A stretch of 64,000 nt of DNA from the human T2T-CHM13v2.0 reference genome, Homo sapiens. The notes beneath the pieces are model-generated. The model ran no database searches. It had not been told where the DNA came from and saw nothing but the letters and a program-made list of their open reading frames with translations. This document shows, piece by piece, positions 41,601 through 57,376 of this stretch. How positions within the stretch are numbered: position 1 is the first letter of the stretch; each line of letters starts with the position of its first letter. A program made the position numbers and the translations under genes. The stretch lies in NCBI RefSeq assembly GCF_009914755.1, contig NC_060926.1; one strand, 5' to 3'.

Positions 41601-42268
41601 CTCCACACTAGGAAATGCTAACTCTCGTAGTGGTAAAACTTCGACTTACGAATGCCTCAATTTTTTTTTGAGTCTAGGGCCCCAAATCAGAATTTAAAGA
41701 AGAAATTAGAGGTGTAATCTTTATTTGCTAATTACCTAAATAATTTCACGAAGTGTTGGAGTTGTTAATATTATTAACTATTCCTGAGAAGGGGCCCCCG
41801 GGGCCACCAAATGAATACTTTGTCTTGGAGGCAGGTCTGTGTCCCTGCAAGAAGCCACATCTGGCTCTCGGCACCCTCCACACCCACAGAAATGCCTCCA
41901 CTTTTGTCACTTTCTCCATCAATTTGAGAAGGATGATTCCAAATTCAGAAGCTTGTTTTGAGCTCATTCAATATGCATCAGGTGGCGGTAACATCTGGAG
42001 GTCAGTTTTTCTTGCAGTTTGGTAAATTCTGTTGTCTAAAGAGAGATGTGAGAATTGCTCATCTTCATATACCACACTTGGCACTCGTAGGTTTGTGAAG
42101 CAGCAGATGCAAATGTTTCACGTGGTGCTTGGCATTTATTTATTGTTTATTTGTTTATATTTTGTTTTTGGTTTGTTTGTTGGGTGTCTGGGCTGGCCAG
42201 GTGAACTTCATTTTCTGCCCTCACTGAGAGGTTTTCCTCCATTCAGCTCTGACTCTGTTTCCCCATAG

Positions 42269-42725
42269 GAGCCACACCGGTGAGGGCAGGGAGAGGGTGC
42301 TGGTTCTGAGCCAACTTTGCATGGAAGGCCCAGCAGACCACGCTCATTACTTACAGCCAGCATCATCGGGGAACTCCGGCACAGACCTGTAGTCAGTGCC
42401 CCACAGCGCCCCAGCCTTCTCTCCCGACAGGAGTGGCCAGGACAGGGAGCAGAAGGTGACTGCTGTGCTGCCTGGAGCTCTTCTGTCCGGAGGCTTAGTG
42501 AAACTAGAGAAACTCAGTGGACACACTACAAGACTTCAGAGATACTTTTTGTAAACCCAGGAAGAATCAAAGATATGAAACATGCAGTAGGCACTCACTA
42601 AATGTTAATTTTCTTCCTTTTTAAATATATGCATTATGATAGTTAAATTAATGACTGCACGACTGGAAGAATACACACTCTAATGATTCTTTTCCCTAAA
42701 ATAAATGTGTCCACTATTTGCTGTC
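42269..42725 (+). ncRNA. CYTOR: Candidate 3'-terminal exon of a long CYTOR/MIR4435-2HG isoform
   Basis: Pyrimidine-rich acceptor ctctgactctgtttccccatag| at 42268 and AATAAA at 42700-42705. The position ~7 kb downstream of miR-4435 agrees with my unverified recollection of the distal annotated CYTOR end. Confidence 0.5.
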
Positions 42726-43959
42726 TACCTTCTTGAACATCCTGCTTCCTCTAAATAACTAAGGAGATTGATTCTACACTAACATCCAGTTGAAGCAAAG
42801 TTGCGTCATGATAAAATCTGGCATGGGCTATCCCTTCAAAAAGTTCTTTCTGAACCATCATGACCATAAATTGCACTAGGCAGGAGGTGGTGCTGGAGGG
42901 ACAAAGAAATGCCAGCCAGTCCCTGCACTGGAGTTGCCAGCAATCACACGGGAAGGCCTCTAGTCTAGAGAGACGGGTAGGAGAGAGACGGGAGCACATC
43001 AGAGGAGCGCAGATGCTAGTGCACGGGTTAAATAGTCTCTTACACATCTGGTTAAGATCACCTCAAATTGCTGTGGGGTTCCATAGCTCTCTACAGCCCA
43101 GTTCCAAGCTTCTGCTCTCACTGGATTAGTTCCACGGATACATGGTCCTCTGCATTAGCTGGGTTCTCTATCTTGGGTGACATCAAACCTAGAGATGAAC
43201 TCTAGCCCCTCACTGATACCTCACAACTCAGTCTCAGAAGACATTTTTGCATGGAACAGACTTTAATGAATGGTGGGTGAGGGGGTGCCTGCTATTGAAT
43301 GAATAAGTATGGGGGGAATTAGTCACAGGACTTCATACTGAGCATTAGAGTCCGGCGTCTTTGTTCTTGGAAGTCTTCAGCTCCCGCCCGGTCCCTGAGG
43401 ATCTTCCCCCGACTGCTTGATCTTGCATCATTGCCCTCCCTCCCCGAGGGAGCAACACAGAGCGGCCCTAGTCCACTCTCATGATGCCTCCATTAATCCC
43501 CCGGTCAGGGACCTTCCAGCCCTGCCCACAGCAGTCGATGCCTTCAGTGCATCTCAGTCTTCCACCCCCAAAAGCCGTGGGGGGTCTCTGTGCGGGATCA
43601 CCCCTCTCCTAATACCCCTGGTCCCAGGAGATGGGGAGGATGGAGACAAGGCCGGTGTGGGAATGAGGTGGCAGGCTTCTCAGGACATGAGCTGCCTTGC
43701 TCTGCCCCCTTGGGCCTCATGGACCCCATTCTCCCTGCTGGAGTTGATGTTCTGGCAGACTGGGCTGCCCCTTGGCCCAGTTCCTGGAATACCAAGTAAT
43801 TAGGTCATCATCGGGGCAGCGGAGGCCAGCCTCTGATATTCTGCGGCATGTTACTTGCTCTTGGGGCCTCTGTTTATTGGGGCTACATTGCCCTTTCTTT
43901 GCACAGCTGGCTTTGTGCTTGCTACTAATTTTTTTTTAAACTGAAGAATCCATTGTTTA

Positions 43960-44260
43960 GAGATCACACATAAATGGTAAATTATAAAGAAAAACAAGTG
44001 GATGACCGACATAAAAATCAGGAGGTTTGCTAGCCCTGGTGAGGGAGGGAGGAAGACACCATGTGAGAGAAACACAGGACCGTTTTGTAAGATGCTGCTT
44101 TTTTGTTTTGTTGTTTTGTTTTGTTTTGTTTAGCATTGGGTGTGGATACTCAAATGTTCATCTTATGATTATTCTTTAAATCGTTCAGGTACATTTTGTA
44201 CAGTCTTCTGTATGTGTGATGCATTTTATAATATGAGTGGTATATTTCACAATCAAAAAC
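43960..44260 (+). mobile_element. Old L1 (L1ME-like) 3' end with (TTTTG)n
   Basis: aaaaatcaggagg...gggtgtggatactcaaatgttcatcttatgattattctttaaa...tgtatgtgtgatgcattttataat. Confidence 0.6.
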
Positions 44261-45329
44261 ACTTTTAAGAAGCTCTTTTGCCTTGGCTAACTCTCGTTTG
44301 CCGTTTCCCCAGGGCCAGCCAGCCCGGCGGAGCATGGGGAGGACCTGAATCTGCCCCGGCACTGTCCTACCCTCCACAACATGCTCAAGTCACATCCTGT
44401 CCTGCTTTCCATTGCCTCTGGTCACTGTCACTTGCCAACATTCTGAACATCCCACTGCCTTCAACCCTCCCCACTTGTTCGGCACAATATGGAAAGTGAA
44501 AAAAAAAATGAGTTGCAGAGAGCCTTGCTTCCGGGTTTGGAATCCAGCTCCATCTTGAGTCTGTTTAGAGAGGTATGAGTGCTTTCTGACGTAGGGCACT
44601 TATCACTTTAGCACACAGGGGGCTGTGTGATGGCCCAGTAAGAGCCTGAGCTTTGGAGTTACAGAGCCTGGGCCTTCTCAACTCCATCCCTCATGGGTGG
44701 TATAGATGGTTCTTCCCTCCCTGCTTTCCCTGACTAGGATTAACTTCCCCCTGAGCCCAGGACACTTGTTACTCTTGTGCCCTAACCTTCACGTCATCTT
44801 TCCACCATCTTCCATCTGCAGCTTTCTCAGGTCATCCGCTCCATGGAGGTCCCCGTTCCTACCTTGGCCTTGCCTTTCCCCCTGCATGTAACCTTGGTGA
44901 ACTTTTCACAAGAGTCTGCGCAGTCTTCTTGTAAGCAGATTAATGCCGAGGAAAAGCCTTGGTGAATGCACACCCCACCTACCACCTCCAACCTTGCACA
45001 GCTGGCCGGGGCAGTCGGTGCCAAGGATGCCTCATGGCCCTTCGGACTCTGAACCTGCTATGGGTCCCACTGGCCAGACACGTGCTTTCCTTTTGGAAGT
45101 GCTTGTCTCAAACATAGACGCATTGAACCAAACCATTGTGTGTGGGCTATTGGAAGGGGTGCACAGATTCATTTGTTGGTTGCAGCAAATGCTTGGTTTG
45201 GCAAATGCTTGAGGGCCTTGTGGCTGGAATAGCTCCACTGCATGTCTGCAGATCTGTCACGAGGATCCCAGCTCAGGTGGGAGAGGATAGGGGCTATTGG
45301 TCAGACTTTCTCAGGCCACCCTATTCCCT

Positions 45330-45550
45330 TCCTCCATGCAAGGCAGCGCGGTATGAATGCTTTAGATGGGCCTGGGTGCAAATCACTGTGTGATCTTGGG
45401 GAAGTTGCTCAGCCTGTCTGAGCCTCAGTTTCTTGAAGCATCAAATGAGGATGATAATCTCTGTTTCTCAGGGTCAGCAAGGGACTTAAGTGAGAAAATT
45501 GAGGTAACCCATGGGCAGAGCACAGGGCACTTTGTGAGCACTCAGTAGGT
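45330..45550 (+). mobile_element. MIR
   Basis: tgtgtgatcttggggaagttgctcagcctgtctgagcctcagtttctt...gagcactcagta. Confidence 0.8.
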
Positions 45551-46654
45551 GCAGGCTCCTTTCTCCTCCCCTCTGCCTTTCTCTCCCCACTTACTCCTGT
45601 CAAGTAACTTCACCTCTCAGAAAGCAGCAAAAATTGTCCAGTGTCTCCCTCATTCCCAAGACCCCCACTGGCCCCTCACCCAGTGGCCTCTCAGGGCACT
45701 CCCCCGTCCTCAGAAGTCCTATCCCAGCGGAGATGGAATCCACATAGCTGGCCCTTTCCTCCACACGACCCTGCCAGCTCAACCCTTCCCCGTATGATTA
45801 CGATTTGTTTCTGGTTGTTTACCATGAGAAGCTCACTGAAGCAACGAAGGCTTCCTAGGTGCCTCTAAAGAAGCAAGGTAAATTTTAGAACCTTGGTTTA
45901 AAAAAATGCTGCGCTGTGCAGAGAAGCCCGTGGAGAGAGCCCCGCTGGTGAGGAAGCACGGGGACCCTGCTGCAGGGCTGGTGGAGGGCTCCTTCTGCAG
46001 ACTTCTGAGCTTGGAGCACAGATGGGCAGCACACAGGTGAAATGTGATCCTCTGTGGGGCTGTGTTTTCTGCCCCAGGAAGAAAGAAGAGTCAACAACTT
46101 AATTATTTCGTCATGGTTTTGTACAAAGCTTGAGAGGAGGAAAAAGGTTCCCTTTTTTGAATAATAGACAGGAGTTACAGCCTGAAGGGAGCCTGCTCAG
46201 GGCGGGCAGGGCTGCTGCTGTACCATTGGCATCAGAGACGTGCTGCTGTCCCGAAGGCTCCGCCCTCCTCTGACTGGCTGCTGGCCCTGGCTCCTGCACT
46301 ACTATGGCCTTTTGGCTCAGGTGCATCCTTCCTGGAGGCTGGAACTCATCCCCCGCCCCCGGCATCACCTCCATAGCCAGGGGGCCACCCAGGAAACGCA
46401 AGCCAACATCTGGGGAGGCCAGCCATCTCCAGGCAAGTTGGAGACCAAGAGAATTGTGTGAATTTAGACTCTTGGTAGATGCTGCCTGACCCTGGGCTGC
46501 CTGGAGCACTGCATCCCTGTTGCCTGGCACACAGTAGGGTTATTGTCTCTGAGTAGCTGGGTGAATGTAGGTCAGAGCTGGGAGGCGCTGTGGGCTTTCA
46601 TAGTCAAGGTCACATGGCTCATTAGGGACAGTGCTCGAAACATTTCAGTAGGGA

Positions 46655-47110
46655 CTCACCATTCAGTCAACAAATTTTGGTTGAGCATGTATTATGTGCC
46701 CGCCACTGCATTAGGAGCTAAGAGTACAGTCAGGAACAAAAGAGCATTCAGTGTACTCCAGACAGATGTTAAACAAATACATAGAAGCCAAATTATGTAC
46801 AGTGCTAAGAGGAATGGCATCCAGGCCAGGGCAGGGTTCTCCCAGGTGGTGGCATTTCAGGATGAGTGACATTGACCACGTGGAGAAGTGAGAAGAGGGT
46901 CTCAGGTGAGGGAGCAGCTTGTGCAAAGGCCCTGGGGAGGCCCACACTGCAGGAGCTGGGGAAAGGGAAATGTGGTAAGAGGTGAGGAGGAGAAGGACCT
47001 GATGGTGAGGATATCACAGTCTGATTTTTATTTTTTAAAGGACACCTTGGTTCCTGCAAAGGTGGGAGGGGAGGAGAGGGGCATTGGTGAGTCCATAGGT
47101 GATGATTGCA
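46655..47110 (-). mobile_element. L2 fragment
   Basis: cattcagtcaacaaatt...gagcatgtattatgtgcc; gtgcaaaggccctgggg; gattttattttttaaaggacac. Confidence 0.75.
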
Positions 47111-48172
47111 GGGGGTGGTGGCTTGTGGTGCCCTGTCACTCACCAGATCAGTGACTGTGGCAAGCAACTGGCCTCCCCAGGCTCAGCTTCCTCCATGTGA
47201 CTTGGGGACGCATGCTTCACAGCACTGTTGTGGGGCATATATTATTGCAAGGGGCTGGTGCTGGGAGGGAGCCAACACTGCCACTCTTCCCATGCATACC
47301 ATCCTATGCTTCCAGGGGGAATGATTCACAACCTGGGAAACCTAGACTTTACACACTGGCTTTTCTTCTTGTTTTAAGGTAGAGAGAAATTCTTAATTGT
47401 AATGTGGTCAAGTGTGTCAGCCTTTTGTCGCTTGGTTTGTGCTTTTTGAGTCTTCCCCAAGAAGTCCCTCCTTCTCACCATGAGGTCATAAAGGTGTTCT
47501 CTCGTGACTGGAAATTTTCACGTTTCCACTTAGGTCCTTGAGCCATCTGGAATTTGTGTCTGATTTGGTGCAATCCAGCTCTCCTACAGCCTGGCTGGGA
47601 GACTTGGAGCAAGTCGGGCTCCCTGAGTCCCCAGCTAACAGATGAGAAGATTAATTAGGCCATCTCTGTGGCATCTTCATCACCTACAGTTGCAAACATT
47701 CAGTCTTCCTTGCTGCAGCCTGTGACCAGGGTGATAGTCCAGTCAGCGTGATAATAAAATAATCCCGCCGACTTCCATGCTGCAAAAATGCAGCCACGCT
47801 GACATAGCATTGGCTGTCCTCCCCAGCTCTCTTCCAGAAACAAAACAAAGCACCTCAAAGCAGGTTTCCCAAGGCCCACTCACGGCCAGAACTTTGCTTT
47901 AAATCATTCCCCTTCGACAGTTTAGTTTTAACTATACTGTATGTACCCAAGCCAAGGATGGGAGGAGAAGCCTCAGTAACTAGAATTGTTATTAAAACCA
48001 TATATCCAACTCCACTGGCTTTTCTGGAAACCTCTACCTAAAGGACGTTTAAGTCGTCTATTAAAATATTTCAGACTTGCCCTGAAGGAGGCACCAAGAA
48101 GTGCCACAACTTTGCAGGCTAGTGACCACACAGATGGAAATGTGTCTCTGGAAGCAAGTGGCTGGTGTTAGA

Positions 48173-48209
48173 AACACACACACACACACACACACATACA
48201 CACACACAC
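48173..48209. repeat. (CA)n microsatellite
   Basis: About 18 AC units with one TA interruption. Confidence 0.95.
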
Positions 48210-48641
48210 TCCCACAAATAAAAATCTAGTCTTCCGTGTTCACTCGAATTATTGTAATAATCACTGAGGATGTGAGACTCTGTATTTAGTCAGTTCTCTA
48301 AGTATGACCCAGCCCAGCCGTAAGAAAACATGGGAGGGATGGGTGAAGACCCCACAGAGGAGGGAGAGCCTGACTGAGGGGAGCCAGCCTTCACAGGGGT
48401 CCCGGTGGGGATGCAGGCAAGAAACTCAGCCCAAGCTCATCTAAGGTGGAAGGTATGCGTCTGATCAAGATACAGGGGCAGGGAGGGGTGGTGTCCTACA
48501 ATTCTCAAGGGCCTGAGAAGGAGGCCAGGAGCAAAGTTGTCTGCCCATCAGGTCCCCAGGTCCTACCAAGGCAGAGACCAGCTGGTCTCTCTGTCCCAGT
48601 AGAAAATTCCTCTGGAGAGAGAATCTGATTGGCTTGAGATC

Positions 48642-49452
<811 letters not shown>

Positions 49453-50249
49453 AGGTCCCACAGAACACAGGTGACTCCTCGAGGCTCATCTCTGTGGATG
49501 GGAGAGGCAGTTCCCAGACAAGGGAACATCATGAGTGGGGCAGACACCCACAGAGGCCTACAGTGGCCACTTCACTCCAGGAGCCGCACACCTAGCTGCA
49601 GGAACCCGAGCCCCAGTGACTAGCGCTCATGGGAAGGGCCTGCATCCCAGATATGTGATGACAGCCCATCCCAAAGGCCAGCTCAGAAAATGCTAGGATT
49701 TGCCTTCACCCCCAGTGGGGTCATGTGTATGAGGGGGGCAAGTGGGAAGGGAGACTTTGGACCCCAGGCCCTGCCCATCAGCCACCCCATGGCTGAGGGG
49801 TCACCCCCATAAGCTCTTGAATGCCAGCACAAGGCAGTCTGGGGAAACTTGGTGACGTGGACAGAGCCCCTCCTTCAGGGAAGTTTCTAGACTGGGCTGT
49901 GTGCTTGGAGCCACTGTGCTGGGCACAGCCTCCCCCAGTTGACCATGGGCTCTCCACCATGTGCTCCTGCCTTAGAATCAGCCTCCTTCTCTGTAAGTGG
50001 AGATGGCCCTGGCGGCCCAGGTATGAGAGGCCCCAATCAATGGCACTTCTCCCATCCACCTCTGAGCTAGCGGGGAAATAAGACACAAGAGTGAGGCAGG
50101 AAAAGACCAAAGCAGCAACAGCCAGGGCCTCTTCCCAGTCCCCAGGGAGCCCCTCGGCCCCTACCCACTTTCAAGGCCAGCGATATAATAAGTTTGTTTT
50201 TGTTTTCCAAATAAAGGTTTATTTCTTTCTGCTTAACTCTTTTTCAAAA

Positions 50250-50810
50250 AATTTGATTTTATTGTGCTAAGAACACTTACCGTGCAATCTCCCCTCTTAG
50301 CTGGTTTCTAGGGGCACAATACAGTCTTGTTAACTCTAGGCAGGTGCCATGCTTCATGGCCGGTCCCCAGGGCTTATTCATCTCACTGCACTGAAACTTG
50401 AGGCTCTTTGAGCAGCAGCTCTTCAGTCCCCTCCCCCAGCCCCTGGCAGGACCATGCTCCTGTCTGTTTCTGCGAGTTTCACTATTTTATATACGGCACG
50501 TTAGTGGAATCAAACAGTGTTTTGTGTCTGCCTTCTTCACTTAGCATCATGTCCTCCAGATTGATCAATGTTGCAGCATGTGTCAGAGTTTCCTTCCTTT
50601 TTTTTGAGGCTGAATAATATTCCATTATTCCATTGCGTGAATACAACACATTTTCTTTATCCATTCATCTGTCGGTGGACATTTAGGTTGCTTCCACTTC
50701 TTGGCTATTGTAAATAGGCTTCTAGGAGCATAAGGATGCTGACTGTTTTGGATAAATACCCAGAAATGGGGTTGCTGGATCATATGGTAGTCCTCTTTTT
50801 AATTTGTGAT
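50250..50810 (-). mobile_element. L1MA/MB 3' fragment, antisense
   Basis: gaggctgaataatattccatt, ctttatccattcatctgtc, ggataaatacccagaaatgggg.tgctggatcatatggta. Confidence 0.9.
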
Positions 50811-51201
50811 ACGTTTCATCTCTCACTCTGGCGATGTCTGAGCTTCTCCCTTGATAGAGGTAGAAAGTTCCAGAGAGGCACAGGCAGGCCCGCAGTGAGA
50901 AGGCCTGAGCCTCCTTACCAGGGTATTTCTCCCCCACGGGCTGCCTCTCGCTAACTGCACAGCTCAATCACACGTCCCTTCCCAGGGCTGCTGTGTGTCA
51001 CACGCTCACACCCACACTCGCTCCATCTGTGCTGGGTCGAAGAGTGACCCTGTATCCACATCCATCCAGGACCTCAGAGTGTGACCCTACTTGGAAATAG
51101 GGTCTTTGCGGGTGTAACTCATTAAGATGAGGTCATACTCTTCATGTTGGATGGTCATAGTACATCAATGCCTGTTGTTCTTATGAAAGGAGAAAACAGC
51201 A

Positions 51202-51505
51202 GGGCCAGGTAGCTCATACCTGCAACCCCAGCAACTTGGGAGGCTGAGGTGGGAGGCTTGCTTGAGGTCAAGAATGTGAGACCAGCCTGGGAAACATAGC
51301 AAGACTCCATCTCTAAAACAATTTTAAAAATTAAAAAATTAGCTGGTGGCACATGCGTATAATCCCAGCTACTGGGGAGGCTGAGGCAGGAGGATTGCTG
51401 GAGCCCAGCTGGAGCTGCAGTGAGTCGTGATCACACTGCTGCCCTCTAGCCTGGGCCACAGAGCAAGACCACGTCTCTACAAATAAATAAATAAATAAAT
51501 GTTTT
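51202..51505 (+). mobile_element. AluJ-type element with (TAAA)n tail
   Basis: Diverged two-arm Alu with ggagctgcagtgagtcgtgatc. Confidence 0.85.
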
Positions 51506-51521
51506 AAAAAGAGAGCCAGGG

Positions 51522-51639
<118 letters not shown>

Positions 51640-52199
51640 AATGTGGTATGGAGACAGAGGCAGAGATTGGAGTGACTCAGCCCCTCCAAAGAGTGCCAGG
51701 AATTGCAGGCAACCACCAGATTCAGGAGGAGGCAAGTAAGGACCCGCCCCTGCAAGTTTCAGTGGGACCATGACCCTGCCCCCACCTCGATCTTGCACTT
51801 GGAGCCTCCATAGCTGAGACAGAGTAAATTGCTGTTGTTGTTAGCCACTCAGTTGGTGGGCATTTGTTACTGCAGTCCTGGGAAACAAATGAGCCGTCCA
51901 CTCACTCATATACAGCCTACTTCTATTTTACTGGTGCTTTCTGCTAACTCCTCTCCTTTCCATCTACATATTTCCTCCTTCCAGATCTCCCTCACCTCCC
52001 TCAAGAGGGGCTCTGTGGCCAGGAAACTTTTAATGAGATCTGGAAAAAGTGTTACTTGCACATTAAATCCATTATTTTATGAATATCATGGCTTAAGACA
52101 AGCTGAAGTTTAAAAGTGAGTGATTTCAAGTTGATCAGAAGAAAAATATCAAGTAAATGGGGTGCATGGTGACACATGAGTTGCTGAAATTTGGGGAGC

Positions 52200-52430
52200 A
52201 CTGGAATGCAAGAAACAGCACTGATTCAGGGTCTGTCTGTAATTCTGGGTCCAAATTCTGCTTTCCCTACTGGCACTGGGACACACAGGCATTGTTGAAG
52301 TGCTGGACCCCAGATTTCTCTTCTGTAAAATGGAATCACAGGGTCTAAATTGGAGGCTTTCTCTGAAGGATGAGAATAAAGTTAGAATGAGAATGTTCCT
52401 AGCATGGTGCCTGGCATGAGCAGATTCTCA
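52200..52430 (+). mobile_element. MIR
   Basis: tttctcttctgtaaaatgg...cctagcatggtgcctggca. Confidence 0.7.
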
Positions 52431-55267
52431 GCAGATGGGCCCTCCTGTAATCCGCTGAGGGCTCTCCTGCAGTGCCAGCAGGGATCCTAGTCATTGTCCC
52501 CACCACTCCTGTCTGTCTTCACCCAGAACCTTGTCTGGATCCTGGGAGGAAGCAAACATCTCCTGGTGGGAATGTGAGGCCCTGCCAGGTTGTAGGAGTA
52601 ACTGGAAAAGGGCAGGTGGCCCTGCCCACTATGTGGGCACCTCATGATAAATGATGGCTCTCATTAGCCCTAACTCCTCAGGCACCTTCCTACCTGGCAC
52701 CATTATGCTGGGACTACCCTCTCACTCTGGGAGCTTCACGATAAACCCATCTTGGCTTACCCTGGACGCCTGTCAGCTCCTGGCAGGGTGCAGGCCAGAG
52801 GGATACCTTTTGCATCATGAGATTGTGCAACTTGGGAGGCTGAGGCGGGAGGCTTGGTTGAGGCCAGGAGTGTTCTGGCAAGTTCACGGAAAGTTCTGGC
52901 AAGTAGGCAGGCCAGCCTCTTGCTTAGACAGTGCTAAAAGGATTCTTTTTCACTATCTGCCAGTAAGGAAAGTGGCCATCTTGTTCAGAGGACGGAGTGC
53001 AGCATCCACATACCTACCAGCATGAACTTGGTGAGCAGAGGCCACCTGCATCCCAGAGCCACAGGGTCCCTGGAGCTATTGGCTTCTTGCCTGGATACTT
53101 CCAGGATTCCCAGTTTCTGGAAGCTCTGGTTGCAGTGTGCCCTGGTTCTGTGGCACCCAGCAGGTCTGCAAGGGCAGCCAGTGGGTGTGAGTCTGGAGAG
53201 TGAACATCCCTATGAGAACTGACTCGTGACCCTGAGTTTATCACCAAGGGGCCTCTGCAGAGACAGGTCCTCAAATTAAGAGCCAGGCAAACCTGTAGAG
53301 AGAGAGGCTCTGGGGGTAGACTGGGAGGAGTGGAGGATGGTCAACTGTCCCCACGCACTTCACGAGGATTCTCCACCTCCCATGTCCCCTGGCATGGGGA
53401 GTGCAAGATAACAAAAAAAAAAAAAAAGAGAAGGCAGTGAGCAGGACCCACTCTTCCTGCAGCTTCTTCACACTCTTCCTACAGCCCCAGCTGGGCCACC
53501 TGCACCAGTCTGTCTGCATCTGGGGTTGGGGTAGGTGGGTTCTGGCTGGTTTATGGAGAGCCTGCTCCTCCATGAGGTCCATATCTGTTATTTTTCCGCG
53601 GCATCAGCATAAGAGGTTTCTGGTTTTATGTATGTATTTTCTGGCTCTGGCTCCTGGTCTGCATTTGTATGCACAAGAAGGCATAAGAGAGATAGAGCAC
53701 TGGATTTCCAGAGACATGTGTCTGGCAGCATTCGGGAAAATAACATTATAGCCTAGGAATCCCATCACACATATGTGCACACATGCCCACATGCAGGATC
53801 ATGGTATGTTGGTGGTGGTGCAGTTTGTGCCCATGAAGGAAATTGAAAACACTTGTTGGAGAGAAAACCCAGTCGCTGGCATACTATTCCCATCACAGAA
53901 GAGGCAGAGCCTATGATTGGTGCCTCACTGAATCACAGGAAGTGTTTTATTTTATCCCCACATCATGATGGAGGGCCACAGCTGCCAGCTATGTCTATTT
54001 CTTATGCACAATATAGACCACAAGAGAGAATAAAACAACCTCAAAACTACAGTGTGGAAAAAAACCTGTCAGCTAGAAAGGGGGAGAAGGTATCTCCAGG
54101 AGCCAAGAAAATCTCTTCAAGGAAAAATAAAAAAAGTAACCCACTTTACTTTTTCCCCAAACTGACAAATTTGACTTGTCAGATGTAAGTTTAACTTGTG
54201 GACAATCCACTCAAGACTGATAATCGCCATAGTAACTGCTGTGTCACATGATCACACAGAAGCCTAGAGACGGGGAAAGTGGCTTTCCAGGCCACTTTTC
54301 TTCTGGTAAATTCTGTGATGTCAGCCTAATTAGCAGGAGTGGAATCAGGACCTTGGTTGAAGTAATTGGCAGCCCTTCTTTAAAAAGAACAAAGGTATTT
54401 TAGCACCTTCTCTTCCTGTTTATGGGGGCCTGTGCCAGGACCAACAGGGCTCTGGTGCGGAGTCTTCCTCACCCTTCTTCCTAACTGGCCAAGCTCCAAG
54501 CAGTGCCTCTAAATGTGATTCTTTGTAGAGCCATGTCTGGAGAAAAACTCGAATTTATCTCCTGAAGTTTTCAAAATATCAGAAACTGGTGAGAGAGGGG
54601 GCCGGGAATACATTTCAGGGCTATCCCGTTTCTTTTTAATTAGTATTGTACATTTCAACTTCTTTCATTTCCAACTGCTTCTCCCTGCAAAATAAAGGTA
54701 TCATGTCTTTAAAGCTCTCCGTCCATGACAACATTTTGTTCTTATACTAGAAAATGCCATTCCCTTCCCAAGGCACATCTCTTTTAGTTGGGTTTAATTT
54801 GAGATGCCTCTTGCCTGCTAAAAACATTGGTGACTTGCCCCAGCAAGGAGGTGACAGGGCCACTTGTCCATGTTGGCCCCCTCCAGTGGGACTGAGTGGC
54901 CACCACCCCCAGTGGCTGCCTTTCACAGGAAGAGAACTGCCTTCTTCACCGCCGGGCATCGGCCTGTGGAAATCTGTGCCCAGACAGCTCAGGTGGCAGC
55001 TTATCCAAGTCCCCAGCACTCTGCTTTGTCTGCCCCAGGACAATTGCCCCATTGTCTTCAGGCTAATGAAGTTTCTGGTCAAAACACAATGATTTCAAAC
55101 ATCTCTTGAGCCTCTCTGCCCTCCATCTGGAACAGATGAGTACATCAATCCCTTCAAACCTGCCTCCTCCAAGTGCATTCTGCAGAGTTAGTGTGTGGGG
55201 GTGCATTTTAATCAACCACGTTGGCCAATGCTGCCTACCTGGAGTGACCCCAACCCCCAACTAAACT

Positions 55268-56044
<777 letters not shown>

Positions 56045-57025
56045 GTGTGTACAGGCTGTCTTCTCCCAGCCTGCTTAAAATTAATGAGAGTTTGAACAGA
56101 CGAGTGTGTGGAGGGCACATCATCATTAGTACAAATAGCCACAGATGGAAATTCTGCATGCCTTTGACAGAACTGAGTTTGAGAGGCTCTACCTCAACAG
56201 CTTCCTCAGCCCAGCTGAAGTCTCTCTCCCTGAAGGCCCATGCACCTTTCTCAGCCATTGCTGGGAATTCAGGATTGTGTGTTGGAGGCCAACATTGGGT
56301 ACCATGAGTGGAAACCATGAACTGGGGCAAGTCCTCCTGGTACACACACCCAGCTACTTTTTCCTTCCTCTTCTGCCCCATCCCAGGGAACCCTCTTTGT
56401 ACCATCCCACCCACTGGCCAAACTTCAGGGTCTTGTCTTCATACTTACTGCTTTTTTCTAAGGGAAAAGTTATTGAGAAGGCAGTCAAGGTTCATTTATT
56501 TTTAACCAGGAGACAGTGCCCCCAAACAAGAACTGAGTCCCTAGTTATGGAATGTCAGACACCTCGCAGCAGGTGGTGGTTCTGAAACACCCGGATCCAG
56601 ATGGCAGCCAACTCCACCCACATGTCAGGCGGGCGACAGCATTTCCGGACATATTCCTTGTTTAGATGAGGAGATTCTGCCCCCAGTAACATTCCTTCAA
56701 GCAGCAAAATGATGCTAGATCTTTCCAGAGGTCACAGACTGAAGGCTTGGGGGCTACAGTCTGGAATGTGTTTTGCTTGGCACACATGCATTTTAAGTTG
56801 TTTAATGACCTATCAAGATTTAAAGATCAGGAGCTGACCTTTCATGTTAAAAAGAAAATCTATATTTTCCAACTTGTCTTGGAAAATGGGATGCTCTGGC
56901 AACACTTGGCCATCTTCCCACCTTCAGATGCTCAGCAGAATGGCAGCTGCCCTGTGGAGAGGAAGCACCTGTTCCCTTCCTTGCCACTCTCCCTGGCTGG
57001 CCTGCAGTTTTCTCCTGTGTGTCAC

Positions 57026-57376
57026 AGTTATGGACTGACTGCTTGTGTCCTGCCAAATTCATATGTTGAAATCCTAACCCCCAAGGTGATCATATTAGGA
57101 GATGAGGCCTTTGGGAAGTGATGAGGTCACGAGGGTGGAGCCCTCATGAATGGGATTAGCGCCCTTATGAAAGAGACCCCAGAGAGCTCTCTCACTGTCT
57201 TTCCACCATGCATGAAAATGAGATGTTAAAGTCTTCAACCTGGAAGAGGGTCCCTGCCAGAATCCGGCCATGCTGGGACCTGATCTTGGACTTTTGAGAA
57301 CTGTGAGAAGTAATTTTCAGTTGTTTACAAGTCATCCCATCAATGGTATTCCACTATGGCAGTCCAAACTGACTAG
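57026..57376 (+). mobile_element. MLT1A-type LTR
   Basis: tatggactga...ccaaattcatatgttgaaatcctaaccccca...gagccctcatgaatgggattag...aaactgacta. Confidence 0.9.

Noticed and set aside
56560-56610. CTCF-like motifs (gcagcaggtggtg, atccagatggcag)
   Set aside because: Partial matches only; cannot be supported without PWM scoring or ChIP data.
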